Source of the DNA: Candidatus Zixiibacteriota bacterium
GTDB taxonomy: Bacteria; Zixibacteria; MSB-5A5; GN15; FEB-12
DNA length: 64,000 nucleotides
Assembly: GCA_028289585.1 (NCBI GenBank)
Contig: JANQPI010000035.1
Coordinates: 30,717 to 94,716, forward strand
Direction of reading: 5' to 3'
Position numbers and translations under genes: made by a program. The notes beneath the pieces are model-generated. The model was given only the letters and a program-made list of their open reading frames with translations. It searched no databases and was not told where the DNA came from. Shown here one piece after another: positions 27,036 through 35,875 of the stretch (position 1 is its first letter; every line of letters begins with the position of its first letter).

Positions 27036-28558
27036 TGTTCTCTACGATACTCGTCGCTAATCGATCTGAGATCGCAGTTCGTGTCATTAATGGCTGCCGA
27101 ACGCTCGGTATTCGCTCAGTGTCGGTTTACTCAGATGCCGACGTCAATGCGAAACATCGACACTATGCTGACGAGTCGATCCATATTGGCGCTGCGGCAC
27201 CGTCCGAATCGTACCTGAATATCGAACGAATCATTGCGGCCGCTTGCGAAGCAGGTGCTCAGGCGATTCATCCGGGCTATGGTTTCCTTTCTGAGAACCC
27301 CGCATTTGCTGAGGCGTGCCGTGATGCCGGTATCGCCTTCATTGGACCAAGTGCGGCATCGATGCGGCTCATGGGTAACAAGGTCGCCTCCCGGAAGGCG
27401 ATGGCGGATGCCGGGGTGCCGCTCACTCCCGGTATGCAATCAGCTTCGTCCGACCTCGATCTCTACCGGACTGAGGCGGAGCGCATCGGTTATCCGGTCA
27501 TGATCAAGGCCGCTGCCGGTGGCGGTGGTAAAGGGATGCGCGTTGTCGATGAACCGAAAGACCTCGCCGGTGCGGTCGAAGCGGCTCAACGAGAAGCATT
27601 GAACGCCTTCGGCGATAGCTCGGTCTACATGGAGAAGTTTATCGCTCGTCCCCGGCACATTGAATTTCAGATCATGGCTGATCAACACGGCAACGTTGTG
27701 CACCTCTTTGAGAGGGAGTGTTCGATTCAGCGGCGACATCAGAAGATCATCGAGGAAACGCCGTCGGTTGCTCTGACCGAGAGCCTCCGTGCCGAGATGG
27801 GAGAATCGGCGGTTGCGGTGGCCCGGGCTGCCAACTATGTCAACGCGGGAACGGTCGAGTTCCTGCTCGATACCGACGGGTCGTATTACTTCCTTGAGAT
27901 GAACACCCGGTTACAGGTTGAGCACCCGATCACCGAGATGGTGACCGGCATCGATCTGGTCGCCGAGCAAATCCGGATTGCGGCAGGTGAGGAATTGTCT
28001 CCGGCTGTGCGTCAGGCGCATCAGCGCGGCCACGCCATCGAATGTCGTATCTACGCCGAAGATGGTGAAAACGGATTCCTGCCGGCGACCGGTACGATCG
28101 CTCTCTACTCCGAACCGGTCGGTCCGGGGATACGGGTCGACTCGGGAGTTGAGGCCGGTGCCGAGATCGGAATCGACTACGATCCGATTATGGCGAAACT
28201 CATCGTTCACGCCGGGAGTCGCGACGATGCGATCGGTAAGATGATCACTGCCCTTAAGGAGTTTCATATCCTCGGTGTGCAGACATCGCGCCGCTTCATG
28301 ATCGACTGTCTGGAACATGCAGAGTTTCGGGCTGGCAACACGTTCACGAGCTTCATCTCCGATCACATGCTCACGCGCCCTGTAGTTGCCGACGAGATGA
28401 TCCAGGCCGGCGCAGCCGCGGCATCGCTCGCCGCACTCGCGGCCGCCCATCACGCCCGACTCTCGACCGGGGAAGGGTCGAACCAGCCGTTGACGCCGTG
28501 GCAGACAATCGGGGCGTGGCAGATCGGTTCGAGTATCTCTCATGAGGCAACATCATGA
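27035..28558 (+). CDS. Biotin carboxylase subunit of an acyl-CoA carboxylase (alpha chain lacking the biotinyl domain)
   Basis: MFSTILVANRSEIAVRV, ATP-grasp GYPVMIKAAAGGGGKGMRVV, EMNTRLQVEHPITE. The ORF ends before any AMKM motif. Confidence 0.92.
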   Translation: MFSTILVANRSEIAVRVINGCRTLGIRSVSVYSDADVNAKHRHYADESIHIGAAAPSESYLNIERIIAAACEAGAQAIHPGYGFLSENPAFAEACRDAGIAFIGPSAASMRLMGNKVASRKAMADAGVPLTPGMQSASSDLDLYRTEAERIGYPVMIKAAAGGGGKGMRVVDEPKDLAGAVEAAQREALNAFGDSSVYMEKFIARPRHIEFQIMADQHGNVVHLFERECSIQRRHQKIIEETPSVALTESLRAEMGESAVAVARAANYVNAGTVEFLLDTDGSYYFLEMNTRLQVEHPITEMVTGIDLVAEQIRIAAGEELSPAVRQAHQRGHAIECRIYAEDGENGFLPATGTIALYSEPVGPGIRVDSGVEAGAEIGIDYDPIMAKLIVHAGSRDDAIGKMITALKEFHILGVQTSRRFMIDCLEHAEFRAGNTFTSFISDHMLTRPVVADEMIQAGAAAASLAALAAAHHARLSTGEGSNQPLTPWQTIGAWQIGSSISHEATS

Positions 28559-29064
28559 TCCGTCATGAATTCGTTCGAGATGGTGTCTCGTTCGCCACTG
28601 ATGCGGTTGTCGATGAGAATTCGTTTCTCGTCTCCGTTGACGGCATTGAGTTTCGTTTCGTGTTACGCGGTACGGGTCGATATCGATTGTCGGTCGATGG
28701 ACATCGGATAGCGATCGCCGCGGTACGGGTTCGTGATCGGTACCTTGTTGACATAAACGGACATCAATTAGAGTTTCGGGATCCATCATCTGACACCATT
28801 GCTGCTGCGGGCGGGTCAGCCGGTGCTGGTGACCAGATCTTTGCGCCGATGCCGGGCAAAGTCGTCAAGCTACTGGTCAGCGAAGGAGACGACGTCGAGG
28901 TGGGTCAGCCGTTGATCATCGTTGAAGCGATGAAAATGGAGAATCAAGTCCGAGCTGGGGCCGCCGGTCGGGTTGCCTCGATCACGGTGGCTGCCGGAGA
29001 CCAGGTCGATACTGAGTCCCCGCTGATTCGCCTCGATCTCGTTCCAGAGTCAGATCAGAACTGA
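28555..29064 (+). CDS. Biotinyl/lipoyl-domain protein (BCCP-like carrier for the adjacent carboxylase)
   Basis: ATG 28555 overlaps the upstream TGA (ATGA). The C-terminus PMPGKVVKLLVSEGDDVEVGQPLIIVEAMKMENQV carries the biotinylation motif AMKM. Confidence 0.85.
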   Translation: MIRHEFVRDGVSFATDAVVDENSFLVSVDGIEFRFVLRGTGRYRLSVDGHRIAIAAVRVRDRYLVDINGHQLEFRDPSSDTIAAAGGSAGAGDQIFAPMPGKVVKLLVSEGDDVEVGQPLIIVEAMKMENQVRAGAAGRVASITVAAGDQVDTESPLIRLDLVPESDQN

Positions 29065-29600
29065 AAGCCCAGCGACAGGCCGTACACCAGATATTCGGGT
29101 AGCCACTTTCCGGATATGCCGGTAAAGCGGAGCTCCACGACGAGTGATCCCGACGCGGGGTTCCCCACCAGCATGCCGGCCGCGGCGGTGAGAAACGGCT
29201 CGGTCTCGCTGAAACCCGGATCGGTGAATGTCGGGAACTCGAATTCTGCCTTGTCGGTGAAGGCGACTCCGCCGCCGGCTGCGAGGTAGTAGTGGAGCAC
29301 AGGGCTTCGTCGCTGCAACAGACGTATTTCCGGCCCGACGGTGAGCGTTCGCAGGTTGCTTCCCCACTCCTCATCCAGATCGACGATCGTACCGCTGGCC
29401 CGCAGCCAGAGTTCGAGCCCGTCCTGGGGCGGTGTGAGGATGTCGAAGCCGTACCCCAGGCTGATGCCATAGGCGAGCGACGCTCGGTCGGCCGTGCGGT
29501 CTGCCGGTAGCAGCCCACTTGCCGTGATCCCAATCGCGCCGAAGGCGGAAGGCATCAACGCGGCTGTGACAGCGGTAACGAGAACGAGTGCGCGGAGCAT
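29055..29600 (-). CDS. Small outer-membrane beta-barrel protein
   Basis: ATG 29600 gives the signal peptide MLRALVLVTAVTAALMPSAFG. C-terminal ...YGLSLGFQF ends in an aromatic residue. The 3' end overlaps the convergent BCCP gene by 10 nt. Confidence 0.6.
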   Translation of the reverse strand: MLRALVLVTAVTAALMPSAFGAIGITASGLLPADRTADRASLAYGISLGYGFDILTPPQDGLELWLRASGTIVDLDEEWGSNLRTLTVGPEIRLLQRRSPVLHYYLAAGGGVAFTDKAEFEFPTFTDPGFSETEPFLTAAAGMLVGNPASGSLVVELRFTGISGKWLPEYLVYGLSLGFQF

Positions 29601-29624
29601 ACCGGAGTATACCGGGAGATCGGG

Positions 29625-29659
29625 CAAAAGAAAACGGGCCGCTCGGTTGAGCGGCCCGT
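29625..29659 (-). terminator. Intrinsic terminator of the 29681-30286 OMP gene
   Basis: On the minus strand an 11-bp stem ACGGGCCGCTC / GAGCGGCCCGT with a 4-nt loop is followed by TTTTCTTTTG. Confidence 0.75.
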
Positions 29660-29680
29660 CCGGTTGTCAATGAGGATAGT

Positions 29681-30286
29681 CTAGAAGAACTTGATACCGA
29701 GGGAGATCGGAATGTAGTTCGTCGCCTCGCCGTCGGTCTGGATCGAGACCCAGCGCGCCTGAGCGAAGAACGAAAAGAGCGGTGTGGTTGCGAGTTCAAC
29801 ACCGGCACCAAACTCATAGTAGAATTCCGAGACATCTTCGGTCTGATTGAGCAAATCCACCGTGCTCGTAGCGAGCGGATTGTTCGTCTCAAAGTCGCCG
29901 ACACTGATCATGGCAATGCCGAGACCACCGAGCACGTACGGCTTGAGCGGAACGGCGGGGGCGCCAAACGCCTTCTTGGCATCAACGCCGAACAGCAGCA
30001 GCGAGTTGTCGCCACCGGTGATATCGAGACCAAAACCACCATCTTCGGCAGCAAAGCTGTTGAACTCGATCTTACCAACGAGCTCGACCGGGAGCATCTT
30101 GAGGCCCACGCCACCAAAGAAGTGGAAGCCGTTGCCATAGAGATCGGAGAAGCCTTCGGACTGCGGGAGAGAAATCAGACCACCGGCATAGAACGAAACC
30201 GGAGACTTCGGTACCTGCGCCTCGGCCGACGTAGTCGCCGCGGCGAGCAGCAGAGCGGTCAGGGAAAGAGCGATAAGTTTCTTCAC
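29681..30286 (-). CDS. Outer-membrane beta-barrel protein (OmpW/OmpA-like small porin family)
   Basis: Signal peptide MKKLIALSLTALLLAAATTSAEAQ. Alternating strands. C-terminal ...PISLGIKFF. Confidence 0.65.
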   Translation of the reverse strand: MKKLIALSLTALLLAAATTSAEAQVPKSPVSFYAGGLISLPQSEGFSDLYGNGFHFFGGVGLKMLPVELVGKIEFNSFAAEDGGFGLDITGGDNSLLLFGVDAKKAFGAPAVPLKPYVLGGLGIAMISVGDFETNNPLATSTVDLLNQTEDVSEFYYEFGAGVELATTPLFSFFAQARWVSIQTDGEATNYIPISLGIKFF

Positions 30287-30442
30287 GATTGCCTCCTGTG
30301 AGCATGTTATCGCGTTCCGCAGACCTATCGGCGAGATCGCCTAGGGCTTTAGCTCCAACTCATTTCCCTTGCAAAGTGCGGAGTCGGGCTCAGGCTTGTT
30401 CCCGATAAGCGTTTGGGGCGGTGCCGGTTAGCCTTTGTCCGC

Positions 30443-30471
30443 TTGCCTCGCATGCGTTTTTCCGCTATATA
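30443..30471 (+). promoter_or_regulatory. Candidate sigma-70-type promoter TTGCCT-N17-TATATA upstream of the thiolase gene
   Basis: TTGCCT at 30443-30448, TATATA at 30466-30471, GGAGG RBS at 30519-30523, ATG at 30529. Confidence 0.3.
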
Positions 30472-30528
30472 GCATGCTCTCGTTTTCACAAGTCTGCTTC
30501 TACCCGTTTTGCTGTTTTGGAGGTTACG

Positions 30529-31719
30529 ATGGCTGATCGTCCCGATGCCTATATCGTCGCTGCCTGCCGCACCCCGATCGGGAGTCTGCACGGCAATCTG
30601 TCCAAGCTGACTGCGCCCCAAATGGGTGCACTGGCGGTCCGCGAGGCCGTTGGCCGCGCCGGAGTCGCGGTAGATGATGTTGAAGAAGTAATCATGGGCC
30701 AGGTTGTCCAGGGCGGTTCCGGACAGGCACCTGCCCGCCAGGCCGCCATTCACGGTGGCTTGCCGCCGACGGTCGCTGCGATGACGATCAACAAGGTCTG
30801 TGGATCAGGTCTGAAAGCGGTAATGCTCGCGGCGCAGTCGATCCGTGCCGGGGATCAGCACTGTATCGTGGCCGGGGGGCAGGAATCGATGTCCAACACA
30901 CCCCTTGCGTTTCACGGTGCCAAGACAGGTGTCAAATTCGGCCATCAGAAGATGATGGATATCATGATCACTGATGGTCTCTGGGATTCATTCAACAACT
31001 TCCACATGGGTTCGGCCGCCGAGCTGACACGTAAGAAGGCCAACATCACACGCGAGATGCAGGATGAGTTTGCCTTCAATTCTCATCGCAAAGCAATCGC
31101 TGCTGCCGAAGCGGGGAAATTCGACCACGAGATCTTCCCGGTCGAGATCCCGCAGCGTAAAGGGGACCCGGTGGTCGTCAAAGCCGACGAGCCGCCGCGT
31201 GCCGACATCTCGCTGGAGAAACTCGCTAAGCTGCGTCCGGCGTTTGAAAAGGATGGTACCGTCACCGCCGGGAACGCACCTGGGCTGAACGACGGCGCCG
31301 CTGCGACTGTTGTCGTGTCCGAGCCGTTCCTCAAAGAAAAGGGTCTGACGCCCCTCGCGCGCATTATCGATTACGCGGTCGCCGGCACACCACCGGAAGA
31401 TCTGTTCTTCGCACCGATCTATGCCGTTCAGAAGCTGATGGCTAAGATGAACGTAGACATCAATCACTGGGATCTAATCGAGGCGAACGAGGCGTTCGCT
31501 GCTCAGGCGCTGGCCGACGGCCAGGAACTCAAGTGGGACTGGGATCGCGTCAACGTACACGGTGGCGCCGTTGCTCTCGGTCATCCGATTGGTGCCTCAG
31601 GGGCTCGTATCCTGTCGACGCTGATCTATGCGCTGAAGGATCGGGGATTAAAAACCGGCATGGCAACACTATGCCTCGGTGGCGGGAACGCTGTCGCGCT
31701 GGCGATTGAACTCGTCTAG
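30529..31719 (+). CDS. Acetyl-CoA C-acetyltransferase (thiolase II)
   Basis: AYIVAACRTPIGSLHGNLS, active-site region INKVCGSGLKAV, C-terminal NVHGGAVALGHPIGASGARIL and CLGGGNAVA. Confidence 0.93.
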   Translation: MADRPDAYIVAACRTPIGSLHGNLSKLTAPQMGALAVREAVGRAGVAVDDVEEVIMGQVVQGGSGQAPARQAAIHGGLPPTVAAMTINKVCGSGLKAVMLAAQSIRAGDQHCIVAGGQESMSNTPLAFHGAKTGVKFGHQKMMDIMITDGLWDSFNNFHMGSAAELTRKKANITREMQDEFAFNSHRKAIAAAEAGKFDHEIFPVEIPQRKGDPVVVKADEPPRADISLEKLAKLRPAFEKDGTVTAGNAPGLNDGAAATVVVSEPFLKEKGLTPLARIIDYAVAGTPPEDLFFAPIYAVQKLMAKMNVDINHWDLIEANEAFAAQALADGQELKWDWDRVNVHGGAVALGHPIGASGARILSTLIYALKDRGLKTGMATLCLGGGNAVALAIELV

Positions 31720-31761
31720 TCAGCGATCGGTTAGCATTAGGGAAGGACAAGGCGTACGACT

Positions 31762-32625
31762 ATGACCGTAGATGATATCAAACAGGTAGCGGTGATCGGG
31801 TCCGGTACGATGGGCAACGGTATCGCCCAGGTGTTTGCCCAGTCGGGCTTTGGGGTCATTCTGATCGACCTCAGTGAAGAGCATCTCAACCGCGCGGTTT
31901 CGACAATCACCGGCTCAATGGAGCGTCTGGTGAAGAAAGAGCGGATGAGCGCCGACGACAAGGATGCCGCTCTCAGCCGGTTGGCGACGTCAACCTCACT
32001 GGCCCAGGCCAAGACCGCGGAAGTTGTCGTCGAAGCCGTTACCGAGAATCTTGACGTTAAATCCAAGATCTTCGGTGAACTCGAGTCGATTTGTGGGCCG
32101 GAAACGATCTTTGCCTCGAACACGTCCTCGCTTCCAATCACGCAACTCGCCAACACGACGAGTCGTGCTGACAAATTCATCGGCATGCACTTCATGAATC
32201 CCGTGCCGATCATGAAGCTGGTCGAGGTGATTCGCGGTCTTGCCACGTCGCAGGAGACATATGATCTCACAGCCGAGCTGTCGAAACGTCTGGGCAAGAC
32301 GCCGGTGGAGGTCAACGACTATCCCGGGTTTATCGCGAATCGTATTCTCATGCCGATGATTAACGAAGCGATCTATGCCCATATGGAAGGCGTCGGTACG
32401 GTTGAGGCAATCGACGAAGTGATGAAACTCGGCATGGGGCATCCGATGGGTCCGCTTTTTCTTGCTGACTTCATCGGTCTCGATGTCTGTCTCGCGATTC
32501 TTGAGGTGATGCACGATGGGCTGGGCGACCCGAAGTATCGTCCCTGTCCGTTGTTGAAGAAGATGGTACAAGCGGGATACCTGGGCCGAAAGTCGGGGCG
32601 GGGGTTCTATACCTACGACAAATAA
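31762..32625 (+). CDS. hbd: 3-hydroxybutyryl-CoA (3-hydroxyacyl-CoA) dehydrogenase
   Basis: NAD-binding [34 protein letters not shown]-terminal [14 protein letters not shown]. Confidence 0.92.
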   Translation: MTVDDIKQVAVIGSGTMGNGIAQVFAQSGFGVILIDLSEEHLNRAVSTITGSMERLVKKERMSADDKDAALSRLATSTSLAQAKTAEVVVEAVTENLDVKSKIFGELESICGPETIFASNTSSLPITQLANTTSRADKFIGMHFMNPVPIMKLVEVIRGLATSQETYDLTAELSKRLGKTPVEVNDYPGFIANRILMPMINEAIYAHMEGVGTVEAIDEVMKLGMGHPMGPLFLADFIGLDVCLAILEVMHDGLGDPKYRPCPLLKKMVQAGYLGRKSGRGFYTYDK

Positions 32626-32648
32626 GCCGACGACGGAGTAACGACATT

Positions 32649-33791
32649 ATGCAGTATACCCTGAGTGACGATGATCTTGAGCTGAAGCAGATGGCGCGTG
32701 AACTCGCAACCAAGCGCATCATGCCCCTGGCCGAGGAGATGGATGAAAAAGAGTGCACGCCAAAAGAGCTGATTGATGAATGTCGCGAGCTCGGCTACTT
32801 CGGTTTCACCATCCCTGAGGAATATGGCGGACTTGGTCTCGGTACGGTCTCGTTCATGTCCGTTCTTGAAGAGATCTGCTACGGTAATGCCGGCTTTGGA
32901 ATCATGGTCTCCGTGCACAACACGCTGGTTGGCGATGCCTTTAAGCTCTTTGCCTCGGAAGAGCTTAAGCAGAAGTACCTGCCGCGGATGGCCACCGGCG
33001 AACTGATTGGTGCCTACTGCCTCACGGAACCGCACTCAGGAACCGATGCCGCTGGACTGACGACTGCTGCGGTTGATAAGGGAGACCACTTCCTCCTCAA
33101 TGGCACCAAGAGTTACGTCACGAATGCCGGTCACGCCGGAGTGTTCGTTGTTTTCTGTCGGACCAATCCCGACGATAAAAACCGCGGCATCTCATTGATG
33201 GCCATCGACGCCGATACTCCGGGGCTGACGCTCGGAAAGCCCGAGCGTAAGATGGGGATTAAGAATTCCGATACCCGCGAGATCTCGTTGCAGGATGTCC
33301 GCGTTCCGAAAGAGAATCTGATCGGGCCGCTCAACGGTGGCTTCAAGCAGGCGATGATTATTCTCAATGGCGGTCGGATCGGCGTGAGCTTCCAGGCAAT
33401 CGGTATTGCTCAGGCGGCCCTGGACGAATCAGTCAAGTATGCCAAGGAGCGTCATCAGTTTGATCGTCCGATTGCCGAGTTTCAGGCGATTCAGTTCAAG
33501 CTCGCCGAGATGGCTACCCGCATCGATGCCGGTCGTCTCCTGGCGTTTCGCGCCGCTCAGATGAAAGATGATGGCACGCCGTTCCATCGGGAAGCCTCGA
33601 TGGCGAAGCTGTTCTGCTCGCGCATGTCTAACTACGTCACTAACGAAGCAGTCCAGATTCATGGCGGTTATGGCTACATCAAAGAGTATCCGGTGGAACG
33701 CTATTTCCGCGACGCACGTGTGACGGAGTTGTACGAGGGGACAACTGAAGCGCAGCGCATGGTCATCTCTCGCGATCTCTTGAAGGAGTAG
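32649..33791 (+). CDS. Acyl-CoA dehydrogenase (short/branched-chain type)
   Basis: 380 aa. CLTEPHSGTDAAGLTTAA, QIHGGYGYIKEYPVERYFRDARVTELYEGTTEAQRMVI. Confidence 0.9.
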   Translation: MQYTLSDDDLELKQMARELATKRIMPLAEEMDEKECTPKELIDECRELGYFGFTIPEEYGGLGLGTVSFMSVLEEICYGNAGFGIMVSVHNTLVGDAFKLFASEELKQKYLPRMATGELIGAYCLTEPHSGTDAAGLTTAAVDKGDHFLLNGTKSYVTNAGHAGVFVVFCRTNPDDKNRGISLMAIDADTPGLTLGKPERKMGIKNSDTREISLQDVRVPKENLIGPLNGGFKQAMIILNGGRIGVSFQAIGIAQAALDESVKYAKERHQFDRPIAEFQAIQFKLAEMATRIDAGRLLAFRAAQMKDDGTPFHREASMAKLFCSRMSNYVTNEAVQIHGGYGYIKEYPVERYFRDARVTELYEGTTEAQRMVISRDLLKE

Positions 33792-33796
33792 GACGC

Positions 33797-35005
33797 GTGC
33801 TGGATCACCATCATCTTGAGTATCGGGATAAGCTTCGCGCCTTTTGCGAGGAGACGATCGCCCCACTGGCGGCAACGCTCGATCATGAGCAGCGCTTCCC
33901 GTCGGAGCACATGGGTCCACTTACTGCCATGGGGCTACTCGGGTGCCTGGTGCCCGAGGAGTACGGCGGGACTCCGGTTGATACGATTAGCTACTGCATT
34001 GCGGTCGAAGAACTCGCTCGGGTGTGTGGCTCAACAGCAATCATCATTGCCGCCCACAATTCGCTCGGGACGTTTCCCATTGTTCGTTTTGGTTCCGAAG
34101 AGCAGAAACGACGGTTTTTGCCCCGGGCTACCGCTGGTGAGCTGATCGCTTTTGGTCTCTCCGAGCCTGATGCCGGTTCGGATGCCGGCGGTACACGCAC
34201 CACGGCCCGGCTCACTGGTGACACCTGGACGATTAACGGCAGCAAGTGCTGGATTACCTCCGGTCCTCAGGCATTTGCCGTTAACGCTACTGCTCGGGCA
34301 TCGACCGACCCGGAGAACAAAGATATTACGACGTTCGTGCTTGAACGCGACTGGGCTGGTTACGATATCGGTAAGAAAGAGAACAAGCTCGGCCTGCGTG
34401 GCTCGGATACATCATTCCTCCATTTCGATGACCTAAAGTGTCCCGACGAAAACCGTCTTGGTGAGGTCGGCATGGGCTTCAAGCAGATGCTGATCACGCT
34501 CGACGGCGGGCGTATCTCCATTGGTGCGATGGCCCTCGGTCTGGCCCAGGGCTCGTTGGAGGTCGCCCTGAAGTACGCTACTGAACGGGAACAGTTTGGT
34601 AAACCGATCGCCTCGTTCCAGGGGATCGCTCATAAGCTGGCCGATATGGCGACTGAGTTGGAGGCGGCCCGATTGCTGGTGTACGAGGCGGCGCGCATGA
34701 AGGATGCCGGTCTACCGTTCTCGCGACACTCCGCGATGTGTAAGCTGTACGCATCGGAAGTCGGTCACCGCGTCTGTGAGATCGCCTTCTCTGTCCTCGG
34801 CGGTGTCGGCTATGAGACGGGACCATATCCGGTCGAACGCAACTGGCGAGACGTCAAATTGTGCGAGATCGGAGAGGGAACCTCCGAGATTCAGCGGCTG
34901 GTGATCTCACGGGACCTTATCCGCGAGCTGTCCGGCTCGACCCGTGAGACAACAGCGGAAGAACCCTCGATCAAGGCTCGGGAGGCCGCGAAGGCGCGAA
35001 ACTAA
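33797..35005 (+). CDS. Acyl-CoA dehydrogenase (second paralogue, with a short charged C-terminal extension)
   Basis: GTG start. GLSEPDAGSDAGGTRTTA, GGVGYETGPYPVERNWRDVKLCEIGEGTSEIQRLVI. Confidence 0.88.
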   Translation: MLDHHHLEYRDKLRAFCEETIAPLAATLDHEQRFPSEHMGPLTAMGLLGCLVPEEYGGTPVDTISYCIAVEELARVCGSTAIIIAAHNSLGTFPIVRFGSEEQKRRFLPRATAGELIAFGLSEPDAGSDAGGTRTTARLTGDTWTINGSKCWITSGPQAFAVNATARASTDPENKDITTFVLERDWAGYDIGKKENKLGLRGSDTSFLHFDDLKCPDENRLGEVGMGFKQMLITLDGGRISIGAMALGLAQGSLEVALKYATEREQFGKPIASFQGIAHKLADMATELEAARLLVYEAARMKDAGLPFSRHSAMCKLYASEVGHRVCEIAFSVLGGVGYETGPYPVERNWRDVKLCEIGEGTSEIQRLVISRDLIRELSGSTRETTAEEPSIKAREAAKARN

Positions 35006-35102
35006 GTCGCTGCGGCACAGCTTCTTATTCGTGCGATCTTTTCTCTTGGAGGGGATTCCTCAAACCGCCTATCTTGTTTTTATCGGATAAGGAGATAGTT
35101 AC

Positions 35103-35696
35103 ATGTCGGCTCGGCCATTTCCACTCTATCAGCTGATTAAGCCCGCTTCGCTCTGGCGCGAAGTCCCTCTGCTTCTGGGTTTCAACCTGCTGCTGGTGGC
35201 GTCGGCGTATCTCTCGTTTTCGGTGCCATTCTCACCGGTCCCGATCACGGGGCAGACGCTTGGCGTGATGATCATCGCCCTGGCGCTCGGCCGCACGCGG
35301 GCACTCGCCGTGACAATGGCCTATCTGCTCGAAGGGATCGCAGGCTTGCCGGTCTTTGCGGGAGGAGCCGCGGGAATTGGTGTCTTGTTCGGTCCGACCG
35401 GCGGATATCTCCTGGGAATGGTGGTTGCCGCGGGCTTGGTGGGACACCTGGCCGACCGAGGATGGGACCGTAAGGTGCTGACAGCAATTGGCGCCGTGGG
35501 CATAGGGCATGCGGTGATTTTCGTGGTCGGTTTAGCCCAGCTTTCGTATTTTGTACCTGTTGCCGGACTTCTGGCAGCGGGTTTCTGGCCGTTCCTTCCG
35601 GGAACGGCGCTCAAGATCGTCCTGGCCGCATTGCTGCTTCCCGCCATCTGGCGGTTAACAGGTCGTTCAGGTGACGATCGCCCGGAGGGGAACTAA
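35103..35696 (+). CDS. bioY: Biotin transporter BioY (ECF S-component)
   Basis: YLSFSVPFSPVPITGQTLGVMIIALALG and GPTGGYLLGMVVAA are typical BioY motifs. RBS AAGGAG upstream. Confidence 0.88.
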   Translation: MSARPFPLYQLIKPASLWREVPLLLGFNLLLVASAYLSFSVPFSPVPITGQTLGVMIIALALGRTRALAVTMAYLLEGIAGLPVFAGGAAGIGVLFGPTGGYLLGMVVAAGLVGHLADRGWDRKVLTAIGAVGIGHAVIFVVGLAQLSYFVPVAGLLAAGFWPFLPGTALKIVLAALLLPAIWRLTGRSGDDRPEGN

Positions 35697-35729
35697 GGGC
35701 CTCCTCGGGCGTAGTGTACATAGACATGA

Positions 35730-35768
35730 CGTCGTGCGTTCCGGCGGCTCCTCACCGCGGGCACGACG
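35730..35768 (+). other. GC-rich two-tier stem-loop in the bioY-ilvE spacer (possible weak terminator or ilvE leader structure)
   Basis: CGTCGTGC (35730-35737) pairs perfectly with GCACGACG (35761-35768). An inner CCG(G)CGG / CCGCGG stem lies within. It is followed by CCTTCTCT, which is not a clean U-tract. Confidence 0.35.
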
Positions 35769-35875
35769 CCTTCTCTACGGAGGGCACCGGATGATGTACT
35801 GTCGACTGCGGCGGCCCTCGACTGTTCGGCAAGAAGATTTAACCGTTTACCCTCGGTAACGAAGGAGGACTCGGT

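Noticed and set aside
35006-35102. Nested inverted repeats CTATCT...AGATAG and TTATC-G-GATAA overlapping the bioY RBS, considered as a possible BirA operator.
   Set aside because: They bear no resemblance to the BirA operator consensus I know (TGTAAACC-type half-sites). The arms are short and AT-rich, so the evidence is insufficient to call a site.
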